A stretch of 64,000 bases of DNA from Eledone cirrhosa (Eukaryota): assembly GCA_964016885.1 (NCBI GenBank), contig OZ024740.1, forward strand, positions 284,580,001 to 284,644,000, in the 5' to 3' direction. The notes below the pieces were generated by a model that had not been told where the DNA came from, did no database searches, and saw only the letters and a list, made by a program, of their open reading frames with translations. A program made the translations under genes and the position numbers. Shown one piece after another: positions 38,791 through 52,400 of the stretch; position 1 is the first letter of the stretch; each line of letters opens with the position of its first letter.

Positions 38791-40062
38791 AGTGTTAGCT
38801 GAAATCCATAGATATATTCTGTTATACAGCAATACATTGAAACAAAATACTGTTAACGTAACTTCCTAAATGCTCTCCTCATCACGACAGGTTAATTAAA
38901 TAAATACCCAGTATATTTGGAGAGCTGGTAGTGGGAGAAGCATGGTAAATTTATTCAAGTATATTCCCTTCCTCTATTCCTTTCTGTACCAAACCACCAG
39001 AAACCACCCTTAGTTCTATGATACAAAACTATTTGTTTTAAAGTGTTTATATTTATCTAAAAAAACCTTTCGTTATACTTTTATCTAAGAACCTTTTTTA
39101 AGTTATGTTCCACACACCAGCTTATTAATGAGTATGTTAATTATATTACTAAATCCGTCAAAATTCTTGATTATTTTTGAAAATATTTGAAAATCATAGC
39201 CAGTCTTTCAATAGAAATATGATAACGAAAGGGACGAATCTGCGACCACATGTTAATGTTAGAAATTATCATTAATTAATATCAATAATATAAATAATAT
39301 TAAGATATCTTACCTTTGATGAGCATGAACGTCCCTCTTTGAACTTTTGTTTATTTTTCTCCTTATATATAAACATATGCATAAGCACTTTAAACAGGTC
39401 TTTAGAAGAAGTTAAGTATTTGTGTGAACAAACAGTGTTGTCTTCATTTTGTTTTCATTTTTCCACGTAATGTGTACTTGGAGAGTCAGAGCAGGGCTAA
39501 ATTCCGTTATTAGATATAAGCATGCCTTACATCTATACAAGACCAAGAGGCAATCTGCCTAAGACTCAAATAAATGTATTCAGAGTTGTTGTTTTTTTAA
39601 AGAAAACAAAAAGAAAAGAAGGAAACAGTATGTGAATATATTGAATAAAGTGAATTGTTAAATTGAATGTGAGGATGGCCTATATTTGTTTGTGAAAGGT
39701 CATATGGAATGGTAACAGCTGTGGAAGGTCCAGTCAACCTGGCAGTTGATAGATAATTTACAATTACAAACATACAGATGACCTAATTTGTTTTTTTCAC
39801 ATGCTGATAGTTGGATATATAACTCAATTAGATATGAAGTCATATATTTATGTATGTGTATGTGACTGAAAGTGCATGGCCTAGTGGCTATTGCTTTTGA
39901 CTCAGGATCATGTGGACATAGATTCGATTCCCAGACCGGCTAATGCATTGTGTCCTTGAGCAAAACACTTTATTTCACTCTAATCCACTCAGCCAAAAAG
40001 AAAGGAGTACATGCAGTATCCCATCCAGTATTTTTGCACTTCAGTCACTTAATTCCAAGGAA

Positions 40063-42272
40063 TCATCATCATCATCATCTTCGTTTAACGTCCATTTTCC
40101 ACGCTAGCAAGGGTTAGACGGGTTGTCCCACTTGAGGCAAGGCTGGTCGGGCGACCGTGTCTCGCTCATATAGGACTGTCTGGCAGGTTTTTTACGACTG
40201 GATGCCCTTCCTAACACCAACCACATTTACAGTGTGGACTGGGAGGTTTTTACCGTGTTACCTACACGGCCACATTACAGCGTGGACTGTGTGTGTTTTT
40301 TGTCGTGACACCTACATGATCTCGATCTCATTATCTCGTGCTGTTGGTGGGAGTGGGAGGATAGGGTAGGGGTAGTGGATTGGGGTGTATATTTGGTTAA
40401 GAGGTGCCTACTGACTGTAGGTTTCGCTTTATACATAGGCAAGGCGGATCTTCTGTATTACTGCATAGCGCCAAAGATCTCGGTCCAGAGACATTGTCTT
40501 AGAGAGATGTAAGTGCGTAAGGTCGGAATTTATCAGATCATCCCAGGTTTTTCTGGGTCTACCTACTCCGTAACTACCATTAATTTTGATCGCCCTGCAC
40601 TTTTTTATGCAGCTGTCGTCTTTCATGCACATCACATGACCACACCAACGTAGTCTGCTCTCAAGTAAACAGCATCCGATCCTTCTTATTCCTAATTTCT
40701 CACTTAGTTCATTTATGCTTTGCCGTTCACATATATTACTATTACACATCCAACGGAGCATGCATGCTTCGTTCCTTTCCAGTCTACGCAGGTCCTCTGC
40801 GTAATGCCCATATCTCACTGCCATGTAGCATTGCTGTTCGTATACAGGCATCATACAATCTGCCTTTCATTTTTAGAGAGGAACCTTTTGTGGCCAACCT
40901 TTTGTATAAGCTCTCTGAACTTTTTCCATCCCGTTCTGACTCTGGCTACTGTACTTTCAGAACACCCTCCACCACTGCTGATTTCGTCACCCAGGTAACG
41001 GAAAGTGTCTACTATTTCTATAGAACCATCTGGGCAATAGAAGGAGCTAGTATCCACTGCACACTTACTGCTTATTGCACCTGAGCATTGGCCATGTATA
41101 AAGTTTATATTCTTAGATAGTTTACCTGTGATCCCACTACATCTTTTATGTACCCATACTTTGCATTTGGGACATAAAATGGAATTTTTGTCTACTCCTT
41201 TCCTACACACTGAGCATGGCCATTTCCCTGAGGCCACCTGTGCCCTATTTTCCTTTCTAAAAACTAGAACTTTAGTCTTAGACAAGTTAACTTTAAGGCC
41301 TTTTGATTCTACGCCATGCTTCCATGCTTCCATGTTTCGAATTTCTTATCTAGTTCAGCCATTGATTCAGCTATGAGCGTTAGATCATCTGCGTATAGGA
41401 GTTCCCATGGGCAGCCGGTCTTGAACTCCTCTGTTATAGCCTGAAGGGCAATAATAAATAGGGGGGGGGGGGGGGGGGGGCTAAGGACAGAGCCTTGATG
41501 AACACCAACTTTTACACTAAATTCTTCACAATATTCATTGTTAATTCTAACCTTACTGGCTGTTTCATTATACATAGCTTGTATAGCTCTCACAAGCCAT
41601 TCATCTACACCTAGTTTTCGAAGAGCCCACCAGATAATGGAGCGGGGGACTCTGTCAAAAGCTTTCTCCAGGTCTACAAAAGCTAAGTAGAGGGGTTTAC
41701 TTTTAGCTAGGTACTTCTCTTGTAGTTGTCGTACAAGGAAAAGAGCGTCTGTGGTACTTTTACCTGACACAAACCCAAACTGCATTTCATCTAGATCAAT
41801 TCGCTCTCTGATTAGTTGCGCTATAACTCTTTCTGTGACCTTCATGACCTGGTCAACTAACTTAATCCCTCTATAGTTTCCCCTATCTAGAGCATCCACT
41901 TTACCCTTGTAGCAGTTAATGATGATGCTGTTACGCCAGTCTTTCGGTATGACCCCATTCTGTATTACTTGGTTAACTATACGGGTGACCATAGTGTGTC
42001 CCACCATACCAGATGCCTTCAACATCTCAGCAACTATCTCCGAAGGCCCAGCTGCCTTGCCTGTCTTCATATCTTTGATTGCCTTACTTATTATACTACC
42101 TTTAACTTGCACCGCTGGTCCTTCTATTGGATCGATTTGGGGCAGACTATCTTTTTCCCATTTATTCTCCTCATTTAATAGTCTCTCGTAGTGACACTTC
42201 CAGGCTATCTTCTTATCAGTATCAGTGAGGGCAAGTACACCGTTATCATTACGGACATACTTCTCCCCGATG
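40063..42272 (-). mobile_element. RTE-clade LINE, 5'-truncated, RT domain nearly intact but frameshifted
   Basis: ORFs 41309..42322, 40851..41333 and 40429..40854 give NYRGIKL, QFGF, AFVDLEKAFDRV, GVHQGSVLSP, LLYADDL, a PHD-like finger and RLRWCGHV, followed by a 3' UTR and (GAT)n tail. Confidence 0.95.
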
Positions 42273-42332
42273 GGATAAATTCTGGATGATGAGTCTATGG
42301 GCTTGGGACAGGCTCTAACCACTTTTTATATA

Positions 42333-42814
42333 CTAGAATTTTCTTCAACACACTGATGGTATGTGTATATGTGTGTGCATGTGCGTATGTAGATTGTACA
42401 CACAAGTGTAGAGAATGTTAGATGCTGTTTTCTGTAATTTGTCATCACCCCTTCCTTCCTCGGTCATCTCTAGTGTGTAACATCATCACCCCTTCCTTCC
42501 TCAATCAGCTCTAGTGAGTTACATCATCATCCCTTCCTTCCTCAATCAGCTCTAGTGTGTGACATCATCACCCCTTCCTTCTTCAGTCATCTCTAGTGTG
42601 TAACATCATCACCCCTTCTTTCCTCAATCGGCTCTAGTGTGTGACATCATCACCCCTTCCTTCCTCAATCAGCTCTAGTGAGTGACATCATCACCCCTTC
42701 CTTCCTCAATCAGCTCTAGTGTGTGACATCATCACCCCTTCCTTCTTCAGTCATCTCTAGTGTGTGACTGAAGGACAGATGGACAGACAGAAGTCGCTCA
42801 AATTTATATATAGA
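42333..42814 (-). mobile_element. Non-autonomous Helitron-like element containing a 41-bp minisatellite
   Basis: The minus strand reads A|TCTATATATAAAT...(CTGT)n...CTAG|T: 5'-TC and CTAG-3' ends inserted between A and T, with no TSD. The subterminal hairpin is degenerate. Confidence 0.65.
42440..42768. repeat. 41-bp minisatellite, about 8 copies
   Basis: CATCATCACCCCTTCCTTCCTCAATCAGCTCTAGTGTGTGA, period 41 (starts at 42481 and 42522). Confidence 0.95.
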
Positions 42815-44350
42815 TTTATGTAAAAAAAAATGGGAAAAATGTGAAAATTATAGGTTGATGTAATATTATTATATGGTTGATATAATATTATTATAAAAGA
42901 GTGACAAAACATAAACAACATTTATATATAAATGATAACAGCCAGATATATGTAACAGTTTTATTTTTTCAACTTCATTTTCATTGACTTCAAAGAGAAT
43001 TGCATTTTGATGCTGAAATATCTTTGCTTTAACTCTTGTTTCATAGCAAGCAGTAGCTCATGCAATGGTCATCAGTTTAAGTAGATGACTTCAGTGTCGT
43101 ACTTCATTGGTACTTTATTTCATTCAATTTGCTCTTTATGGATTCTATCACACATTGTAGGCAGTGTTTCATTCATCCAATTTATGTGTAAGACCCATAC
43201 ATTTTGTAATCTGTGACTGTAATGTTCCCCAGATCTGTTACCCTTGTGACAACAAAAGATAAGAATGTTATTGTTGCTATTGCTACTACTGTTGCTGTTG
43301 GTGTAGGTCATAGTTGCCACTATTTTTGTAGTCTGTTGTTGTTATTTGTTGGTATCTCTCAATTCATGTACCAAAAGGAGTGTTTGGATTTAAATATGTC
43401 GTTTCTGACAGTAACATGTGTTAATTCCCTCCAGGCTTTCATTTAGTCGCAGTTAAGCTTCACAAAGTAAAAGAAACAAATTTCCTTTCCTTTTCTTTTC
43501 TCTCAAAAGATAAAGGAAAAATTACAAGAAATGTTGACTGTCATAATCAAGTAAAGGATTTATAATGACTAATTGCATATGTCAGATTTTCAAACAAACT
43601 GTTGAGTTTCAATTACTTGTCCTATCCTGTAACCTGGCCAAAACAAGAAGTTTTCGTCATCATTTATCTTGATTCAAAACAAATAAAGAACTGGGTTTCA
43701 GGTATCATAAATGCCCAAGAGGAATTTACAGAAAGACCACATAAGATTACATCCATGAACTGCTCACATGACTCCAGATCAGAAGTACTCACTGCCTAAT
43801 ACCAAAATTTCTAAAACTCCATATGAAACAATGTTTTGAATCCTAAGATCAAAGCAATAATTTTACATTAATTGTATACCAATGAATTTGTTAAATTTAA
43901 AATTCATTATTCTTTCACAATACAGGTCCACTCCCACATGTTCTTAGACTTGTAATTTACTCCTGGTACTAAAAAGTTTCCCCAATTCTGCTCTAGAATA
44001 GATTATTTCTGTTGCCCCAATGAGCAAGATGGTTTGGGTTATGGTTGATTGAAGAGTAAGAGAAAAGTAAAATATTTTTCAAGAACTGTTACCACTATTA
44101 GCAGCAAAGATAATTAGAAACTAATACACATATCCTTCAGCCTCAGAATTTTGTCTTCTTTTTTGTTCTTTCCTTTTTGTCTTGTAAGATACGCCAGGAC
44201 AATGTTTGACTGCCTTGTTAAACACTGTAAATCTAGATGGACCAGCAGTACTGTCGGTAGGAGTCAAAACTGTATACATCCATTTCAACAGTTGATGGCT
44301 GTAGAGTTATTGTACCCATTGCAAATTTTTCAATATTATCTGTGACACAG

Positions 44351-44385
<35 letters not shown>

Positions 44386-45520
44386 ACATAGAGCTACTAC
44401 TCCGTTACAAATATACATTTGGTAAACACTCCGAGTATTTTGATCACATCTGCCTTCAAAACATTTTGTTGAGTGAGTAACAGAGAGCAGGTAAGACTAC
44501 GGAAAACCATTTCCTATCGTCTTAGTATATATAAATATGTCTGTGTGTATAGTAATAATAATAAATGTAAAGACTAAGATCCGAAGAGGGCTCGATAAGG
44601 ATAATATATAAAAATATATGAAAACCATAGAGCAAATATTTATTAAAATAACAGATTAAAGTTTAAGCAAAGAATCACTGCTTTCACCCTTAACGGGATC
44701 TTCTGAAACTAAAAAAAAAAAATCAATCTGTGGACGCAGAAGTAAATATTTCGAAAAACGTTGCAACCGAAGGAAAACAGGAAGACAATACTTTGGTTCA
44801 TGAAGACGTTCCCTGGCAATGAACAGGAAAAAAAAGCAAGGATAATTACGGTGTTTTGTGGAACGATGAGAACAATTTCACTCAAAGACAAAAAAACAAA
44901 ACCACATTTTATGGTATAAACGGAGTCTAGGAAACCAAATGATTCTCAGCTCCAGAGTTTAAGAATAATGTAAATAAATTGTTGAACGAAAATGACAGGG
45001 GTTATTAAGTAATAATTGTTTCTACTTTTGGCACAAGGCCCAGCAATTATCCAGTGCATTACTGGTACTTTATTTTATCGGCCCCGTAAGGATAAAAGGC
45101 AAAGTTAACCCTGGTGGGATTTGAACTCAGAATGGCAAGGGCCGTAACTCTATGCGTCAAAGCATGGCGTCAGACCCTCTACCGATACTGCCAATCCACC
45201 GCCCCTTATTAAGTAATAATAGTTAAGATATAGACCAGTACATATATATATATATGTGTGTGTGTGTGTATGTGTATGTATATGTGTGTGTCTGTGTGTA
45301 TATATATATTTGTATATATGTGTGTGTAGTGTATGTAACATTCTGTTACCGATGGCTTGCCAGTTTGAACACTCAATGCTAATATGTAGATCTGGCTACT
45401 GATGTAGAATTCTACATTTGCGGCATTACCAGTTTTGGTCTCCATAACAAGCAGACTATTAATAATAAGTGAGAATGAAGTAGCAATTTAACATTAATGT
45501 ATTTTTATTCACATGTGACA

Positions 45521-45578
<58 letters not shown>

Positions 45579-45651
45579 TGGGGTCTAGAACCCAACGAAA
45601 CTTAAGTATCTGTTTATGTCACTGTTGTAATTATTTATATATATATATATT

Positions 45652-48050
45652 ATCATCATCATCGTTTAACATCCATCTTCTACGCTAACGTGGGTTGGAC
45701 GGTTTTGTCCCATTTGAGGTGTGATTGGTCGGGAGACCATGTCTCGCTCATACAGAACTGTTTCTGGCAGAGGTTTTTTCTACGGCTGGATGCCCTTTCT
45801 AACACCAACCACATTTACAGTGTGGACTGGGAACCTTTTTACCATGTCTCCTACATGACCACTTTACAGTGTGGACTGGGTGCTTTTTGTCGTGTCACCT
45901 ACACGACCACTTTACAGTGGACAGAAATGGGAGGATGGAGTAGGGGGTGTGGGGTGTATATTGGGTTAAGAGGTGCCTACTGACTGTAGGTTTAAGTTTG
46001 TATGCAAGGGAAGGTGGGTCTTCTGTATAACTGCATAGCGCCAAAGATCTCGATCCAGTGACATTGTCTTAGAGAGGTGTAAGTGAGCAAGGTCAGTTTT
46101 TATCACCTCATCCCAGGTTTATCTTGGTCTCCCCACTCTGTAGCTTCCATCAATTTTGATTGCTCTGCACTTTTTTATACAGCTGTTGTTCTTCATACAC
46201 ATCACATGTCCATACCAACACAATCTCCTCTCCTGCACACAACATTTGATACCTCTTATGCTTAGTCTCACTCATATAAAGAATATGTACATGTACATAC
46301 ATATATATAATTATATAATCATCATCATCCTTTAGCATCCGTTTGCCATGCTAGCACATCTCACATATGGTCCCATGCTCTACCAAGTGCATTTTATCAT
46401 GTAATCAACACTACAGAGGTTGTCACGCCTTTGACACAACTAAAGGGTCCTCCCAACCCCTTATTTGGCAAGTTTTCTACAGTTGGAATCTCCTTCCTAT
46501 CACCAACCATTTTGCACCAATAATTGGATGAGTTTATTGTATAGATCACCAATGCTAGAGAGGTTGTCACACTTTTGACACAATTAAAGGGTCCTCTCAT
46601 CCCTTTTTTGCATGGTTTCTACAGCCCGGTGCCCTTCCTATTGCCAACCACCTTACAGGGTGTAGTGTGTGCATTTTCATGGCACTAACACTAGAGAGAT
46701 TGTCAATTATTGACACAACAAAAGAGCCCTCTTTAGTCTGAGAAGTGGGGAGGACATAAGTATGATGTCATGAATGTACAAAAAGTGCTTTGGAATTTGA
46801 CACGGTTATAAGGGGAGGAAGTGGTGACACCTGATATGTAGGGAGTCACAGGTGTGTCATGATTTTAGAGGAGGAGATGTAGTGATGGTTAAAAATAGCT
46901 AAAAAGTGATAGAGATGAGAATGGAGGGGTACTCGCTGGTGTATCAGGATTTGGTGGGAGGATAGGGTCTAGTAATGGAAAGAATAGCTTAGGAGTGTTA
47001 GTGGAGTGGGTGTGCACAGGGATGGAGAGAGTAGCTATTAAGGAGTGCTAGTGGAGGGGGTATGAGGTGGAAGTGTGCAGTGATGGTGAGGATAGCTATT
47101 ATGGTGTGCTAGTGAAGGTGTGTTTGGGGAGGGGGACATGGATATGGGTCACATCACATTTTATGCTAGTAGACGGGTCTTCACCAACACAGCATAGCAC
47201 CAGCCTTTGTGTTCCTATGTCATCTTTGATGTGAAGCTCAACTTCTTAAGATCAGTCTTTACTAGCTCATCCCATGTCCCAGCCACTGAGATTTCTCTGC
47301 ATCTCTTTATACAGCTGTCATCTTACATACACATTACATGTCCATACCAATGCAGTCTCCCCTGCACACTTTATCCAGTTCTTCTTGTGCCAAGTTTTTC
47401 TCTAAGCTCACTTATGCTACATCATTTATAGACGTATTCACTTCATTTCTTTCTTCAAAGGTCATCTACAGCCATAACCCATGTAGCATAGCAGTTCGCA
47501 CACAGGCATCATAGTTTACTCTAAGAGAAAAGCCCTTTGTAGTCAGTAGAAGTGCCAGCTTGCTTAACTTCTTCCAGTATGTTCTTACCCTGGTTATCAG
47601 ATGTATAGCATCCTCCCCAACAGCTTCTAAGGAGCCCCCATGGTAAATGTGGGTATCTATTTCACATGTGCTCTTAGTGTTTACTTCTCTTGTGCATCTG
47701 CTACATACAAAGTCTATCTTTTCCGTTTACCTACCTGCAATCCCACCATGTCCCTTGTATGTACCTTATGGAATTTCTTACCTACCCCTTTGACATACTG
47801 AATAAGGCCACTTTCCTGATGGTATCAGCCTCTTGTCCATTTTCCTATTTATTAGGACTTTCAACTCAAGGTTTTTCATCCATGCTTGGAATTCTGCCTC
47901 TAACCCCCACAAGGACTAAGTCATCAGCATACAGGAGTTCCCCTGACAAGCCAGTTTTAAAATCATCAGTGATGGCTTAAAAGACAATAATAAACAGGCG
48001 TGGACTGAGCCCCCCAGTGTACTTCCACCTGCACTACAAATTCATAAATT
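45652..48050 (-). mobile_element. Two or more degraded RTE 3' portions
   Basis: 45652-46260 matches the RTE ORF end and 3' UTR. 46320-48050 is an older copy with LLYADDL, KWP and WYGHV remnants. Confidence 0.7.
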
Positions 48051-48759
48051 AGTATTGAGTACTCATTTTCATATCAGTCAATATCATACAGATAAAACGC
48101 CTCCCAGCTATTTGCAGTTAGTAGAGCTCTCTTAAATGTAAAAATGATTTTTTTAACTATTTCTTTACTGAACAGTTACCATATAGTAAACATTATCTAA
48201 CAGTTGTGATGTATGATTCAGTTTTTTCTTTGATATTTTCGAAATATTCTTTCTACACATTTTAGTAGCTAAAGAGGTCATACTCAGTCGTGTAATCTCT
48301 ATATATTTCTTAGTTTTACTTACATAATGTATTTTAAAACTTTCTCGATAACAGAAAAGTCACAATAACAGCATCTCAAACTCTTAAGGATACTGTTATT
48401 TGGGACGTTTAGTGAGCGCGCACATACAAATTGAGGGTATTGGACAACCAATAGAAGTTAGCAGTTCATATCCTGTTAATTCATAAATACCCATGGGATA
48501 TCTTGAATAGTCCAGTCAAAATAGTTCTAAGTAAAATACTGTAAGGTATGGATATCACTTTACAGACAGTAGCAACAATAAAATCCACATTTTTCAGGTA
48601 TGTAGTCATGCACTAACAGAAGCAGTTGAGCTCAATTAGAAGATAGACATGGTTTGCCAAACCAACTTGCCCAAAATACATTATATAAAGATGAAGTTTC
48701 TGTGTTGCTCTTATAATTCACTACGATATGGGATTCATACAGCCATCAGACAATATATA

Positions 48760-49079
48760 CGAGGGAGCATCAAAAAGATTGTGGAAAAAGTACATAGCTA
48801 AAAATCATATGCAGGGATTTTGATCGCAATGCATCTGTACGTTCCCATACTAAAGTGTCATAAGATGTTCTATTATGAACCCTTAAATGCATGTTGCAAC
48901 ATGGCAGCAGCAGTCAGAAATCAGCACACAATTGAGCAACATGGTCAAATTCATGGTGAAGCTAGGGTGAAATAGCAGTCAAATCATTGATGCTCTGGAG
49001 CAAAGAAATCAACAACCTACAAATGGATAAGTTGTTTTAGAAGTGGAAGAGATGAGGTTGAAGATGATCCCCAGTTGAA

Positions 49080-49121
<42 letters not shown>

Positions 49122-49297
49122 GCTTTGACATGGCTTAAATTGCATGGCCCTCAGCTTTACACCAATGGACTTAAAGGCTGGTATCAACACTTGCAGAAGT
49201 GAACCTAGATGGAGCATATGTTGAAAAATATACATCATAACTTAAACCGTTTTTTTTCCAACTGTCCTTTTCCCAAAAAGTTTTTGAAGCACCCTCC
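48760..49297 (+). mobile_element. Internally deleted mariner transposon
   Basis: TA|CGAGGGAGCATCAAAAAG...TTTTTGAAGCACCCTCC|TA. It retains the N-terminal HTH remnant KFMVKLG*NSSQIIDALEQ...YKWISCFRSGRDEVEDDP and the C-terminal FYTNGLKGWYQHLQK...LDGAYVEK. Confidence 0.88.
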
Positions 49298-49434
49298 TAT
49301 ATGTCTTGGTAAATCCATGAACTATTTCATCTAGCTGAAAAAAATGTTTCTCAGCTAAAAGCCTCTTAAAGCCAGAGGACAACAGCAATTAAAAAGGTAT
49401 TAATTATTGGTGTCAGTAAGGCATAGGTATAGTA

Positions 49435-52400
49435 AGACATAATGACAAGAGTTTTATTCTTTTATATTACAAATCCTCCTATAAAAGTTAATCTATATTT
49501 AATAGTGTCATAGTCAATGGAATTGACTACAACCCTTTAAAAAAAAAATGTATCGCCTAGTCATCACATCTAATCTCTTGACCACTAATGTATGCATAAA
49601 TCCTTTACAAAATTCCATCTTCAGATCAACATGTATTGAAGATCTCATCTACATTAGAACTGCTGCAGTAAAAAACTGTGCTCCTCTCATATCCAAGGGG
49701 TCTTGTATTAAGTAGGCCTGTTCTAATGGAACTACTATCTCATTACATAAATGAAAGAAATCTATTTTTGTGCTTTACAAAGAGCATTTATTAATAGTTT
49801 CTCAAATAGGTGTGTCATCTGACATGCATTTGTATAAATACAAATATGCATTTGTTATTACAGCACTTTAATGTCCATTAAAGCAGTCTGGACAGACCAA
49901 TCTTGAAGCTGATTCAGTTAAGGAATCTATCTGCAACTAAATGATGGATTTAAAAATTTCATATCTTTGACATCATTTTAGCAACCTTTAACACACTTGA
50001 CGATACATTAATAAATGAACTTGCCTGTCAGAAATTGCTAACTTATATAAACCTATTTCTCATATTTCTCTAAATATGTAAAATTATGCAAATGTTTTCT
50101 CAGAAGAAAAAAAATAAAAAAGAAAAATAAAATCACAAATATTAAGCAAGAAATAAATTTAAAATATTCAAAATCTCAAATGAAAATATATATCAAACCA
50201 ATATTAAAAACACAAAAAACTGACAAGAGCTTAATTGTAATAGCATTTATTTCAGGTCAATGGTACAGCTATAATGCAAAAGCTTCAAAAGAAACATGGT
50301 CATGCTGTTTGATATGAGATTTTTATGTCTATATAGGAACAAACCCATACCTAAACCAACAGACATCTACATGTGATGACCAAATACACCTACATAACAG
50401 CCAAACACCATTCAAGAAACCCTAAATTCAGCTATTAAAAATGAGCCCCTTCCTCTCTGCTTTATGAACTGTCAGTAAATCCAAATCAATATTATTATAA
50501 GATACAGTAGATTGTCATATGAATTGTGTATGGTTTTTAGTTTAGAATCAAAATGTACAAACTTGAATAATATAAAAATAATCACCTAAATAACGTGTAA
50601 GTTACATTAAGTTGGTAACATTTACAAAATTAGAAATACAAAAATTTAGCTGGCATATTAATTATTAAAAATTGAATCAACAAACAAAATAATTAATTTG
50701 GTGACTGGTATTTAATTTTATAGGATAGTGCTTGCATTGTGTGTAGAGTACATATGTATGTGTATATATATATATATATATTATAATAGTATACCATTTA
50801 TATCTTCAGACAAAGAAAAAGAAAAAAAAACAAATGGACAACAAAAGGCTTTTAATTATACTTTATCTCTGGATGGAAATTTTTACTGTAATTTTATTAT
50901 TATTCATAAGTGATTATACAAACTGAAGTGGTTTAATATAGCAGAAAGACCTGAGCACAAAATTAGATACATAAAGTGTGCAATAATTAATTAGTGGGTT
51001 ACTAAGCACAATTCTGGAAAAAAATATTTTTTCCTTTTACAAAATAGGTTAGAGACTGATAGCAAGTTAATTATTGACAGAACTACAACATTAACTGGAT
51101 AGAGGAAACCGCCCCTGTCAGTTAACATAAAAACTGGCCAAGCTAATGGAAAATGTTACAAAGTTATTGGAAAACATTGAAGCTGCTTAAATGTGGTTTT
51201 AGCAAGGTAACTAATAGATTATACAGATAATATAACATGTAGAAATATAAAAAGATCATCCAGCTCAGGTGTATATAGCAGAAAGACTGGCACTCTAAAA
51301 AAAGGAAACCAGTTTTCCACTATGTTAGAACTTGAGATAAAGTATCAACAACAATCTAATAATTCTTAGCTTACTGAACCAAAACAAACATAGGAAAAAA
51401 AAAAAAAAAAAATTACCATTTTGCCAAGTAATTAATGTCTGTTATACTCCCCTATATTTTTTTGAAATATTTTAACTGTATACATTTTCATTTTAGGCAC
51501 AGGATATATTGAAAACAAATAAAATACAATAAAATAAAATTTACAAAATAATCCTGAAAACTAGTTGCTACCAATATTGGAAATTCCTTACCTGAACAGA
51601 GACTTTAATTATAGAGAAAATATTGATGTAATCATTATTTGAAATTATCTATGTGATCTTGGCATAAGATCAATAATGAAGCTGCCACAAGTTAGTTTCT
51701 TCACAGAAATTACATTACTTTTCATGTCTCTAACACAATGTAAAATGATCGAAGATTTAAATTTAAATGATAAGATTGTAGATAGAAAATAATAAAAAAA
51801 ATAAAAATAAAAAAAAAACATGAAAACTGATATTTTAAAGGGACTTTATTCAATCATAAAAAAAAAGAGAGGGAGAGAAAGGAAGAGAGAGAGAATGAAG
51901 AAAGGAAAGAACTATGCAGTAGAGAAATGTCTTTATTTTAATACATTAAAACTACTATTTAGGTTTTAAACCCATCTAATTAAAATTGTCCAGCTATACA
52001 TTATAAGGAAGAATTATTGTTACTTGCTAATACTTATGTAATTGATTTGAAAGCTGAAATAACGTTGCACTCAGGATACAAAATTCAAACCTTGATAGGA
52101 ATAATAGATATTGATAACTAAATCAAAAAATATAAATCTTATTATTTAAAAGAAGAATGTAGAGTCAACTGAAATAATTAAAGCAACAAATGTTTGAACT
52201 TAATAGATAAGCAACATCTAATAGTTTTGTTTTTTTGTTTTTTTTTAATAAAGACAAGAATTTTGATGGTATAGAATAAAGAGCAATATTAAATTCACCA
52301 CAAGAGTTTATATTAGATTCTAGAACCCACAACAAACAAGATTTTTAACAGCAGCTGTCAAATGGATATGGTAATTTTAATTTAAAATAATATTTGATCA

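Noticed and set aside
41461-41480. Poly-proline insertion in the RT QGSVLSP motif
   Set aside because: A 20-nt G homopolymer expansion (or sequencing artefact) in a dead element, not a functional feature.
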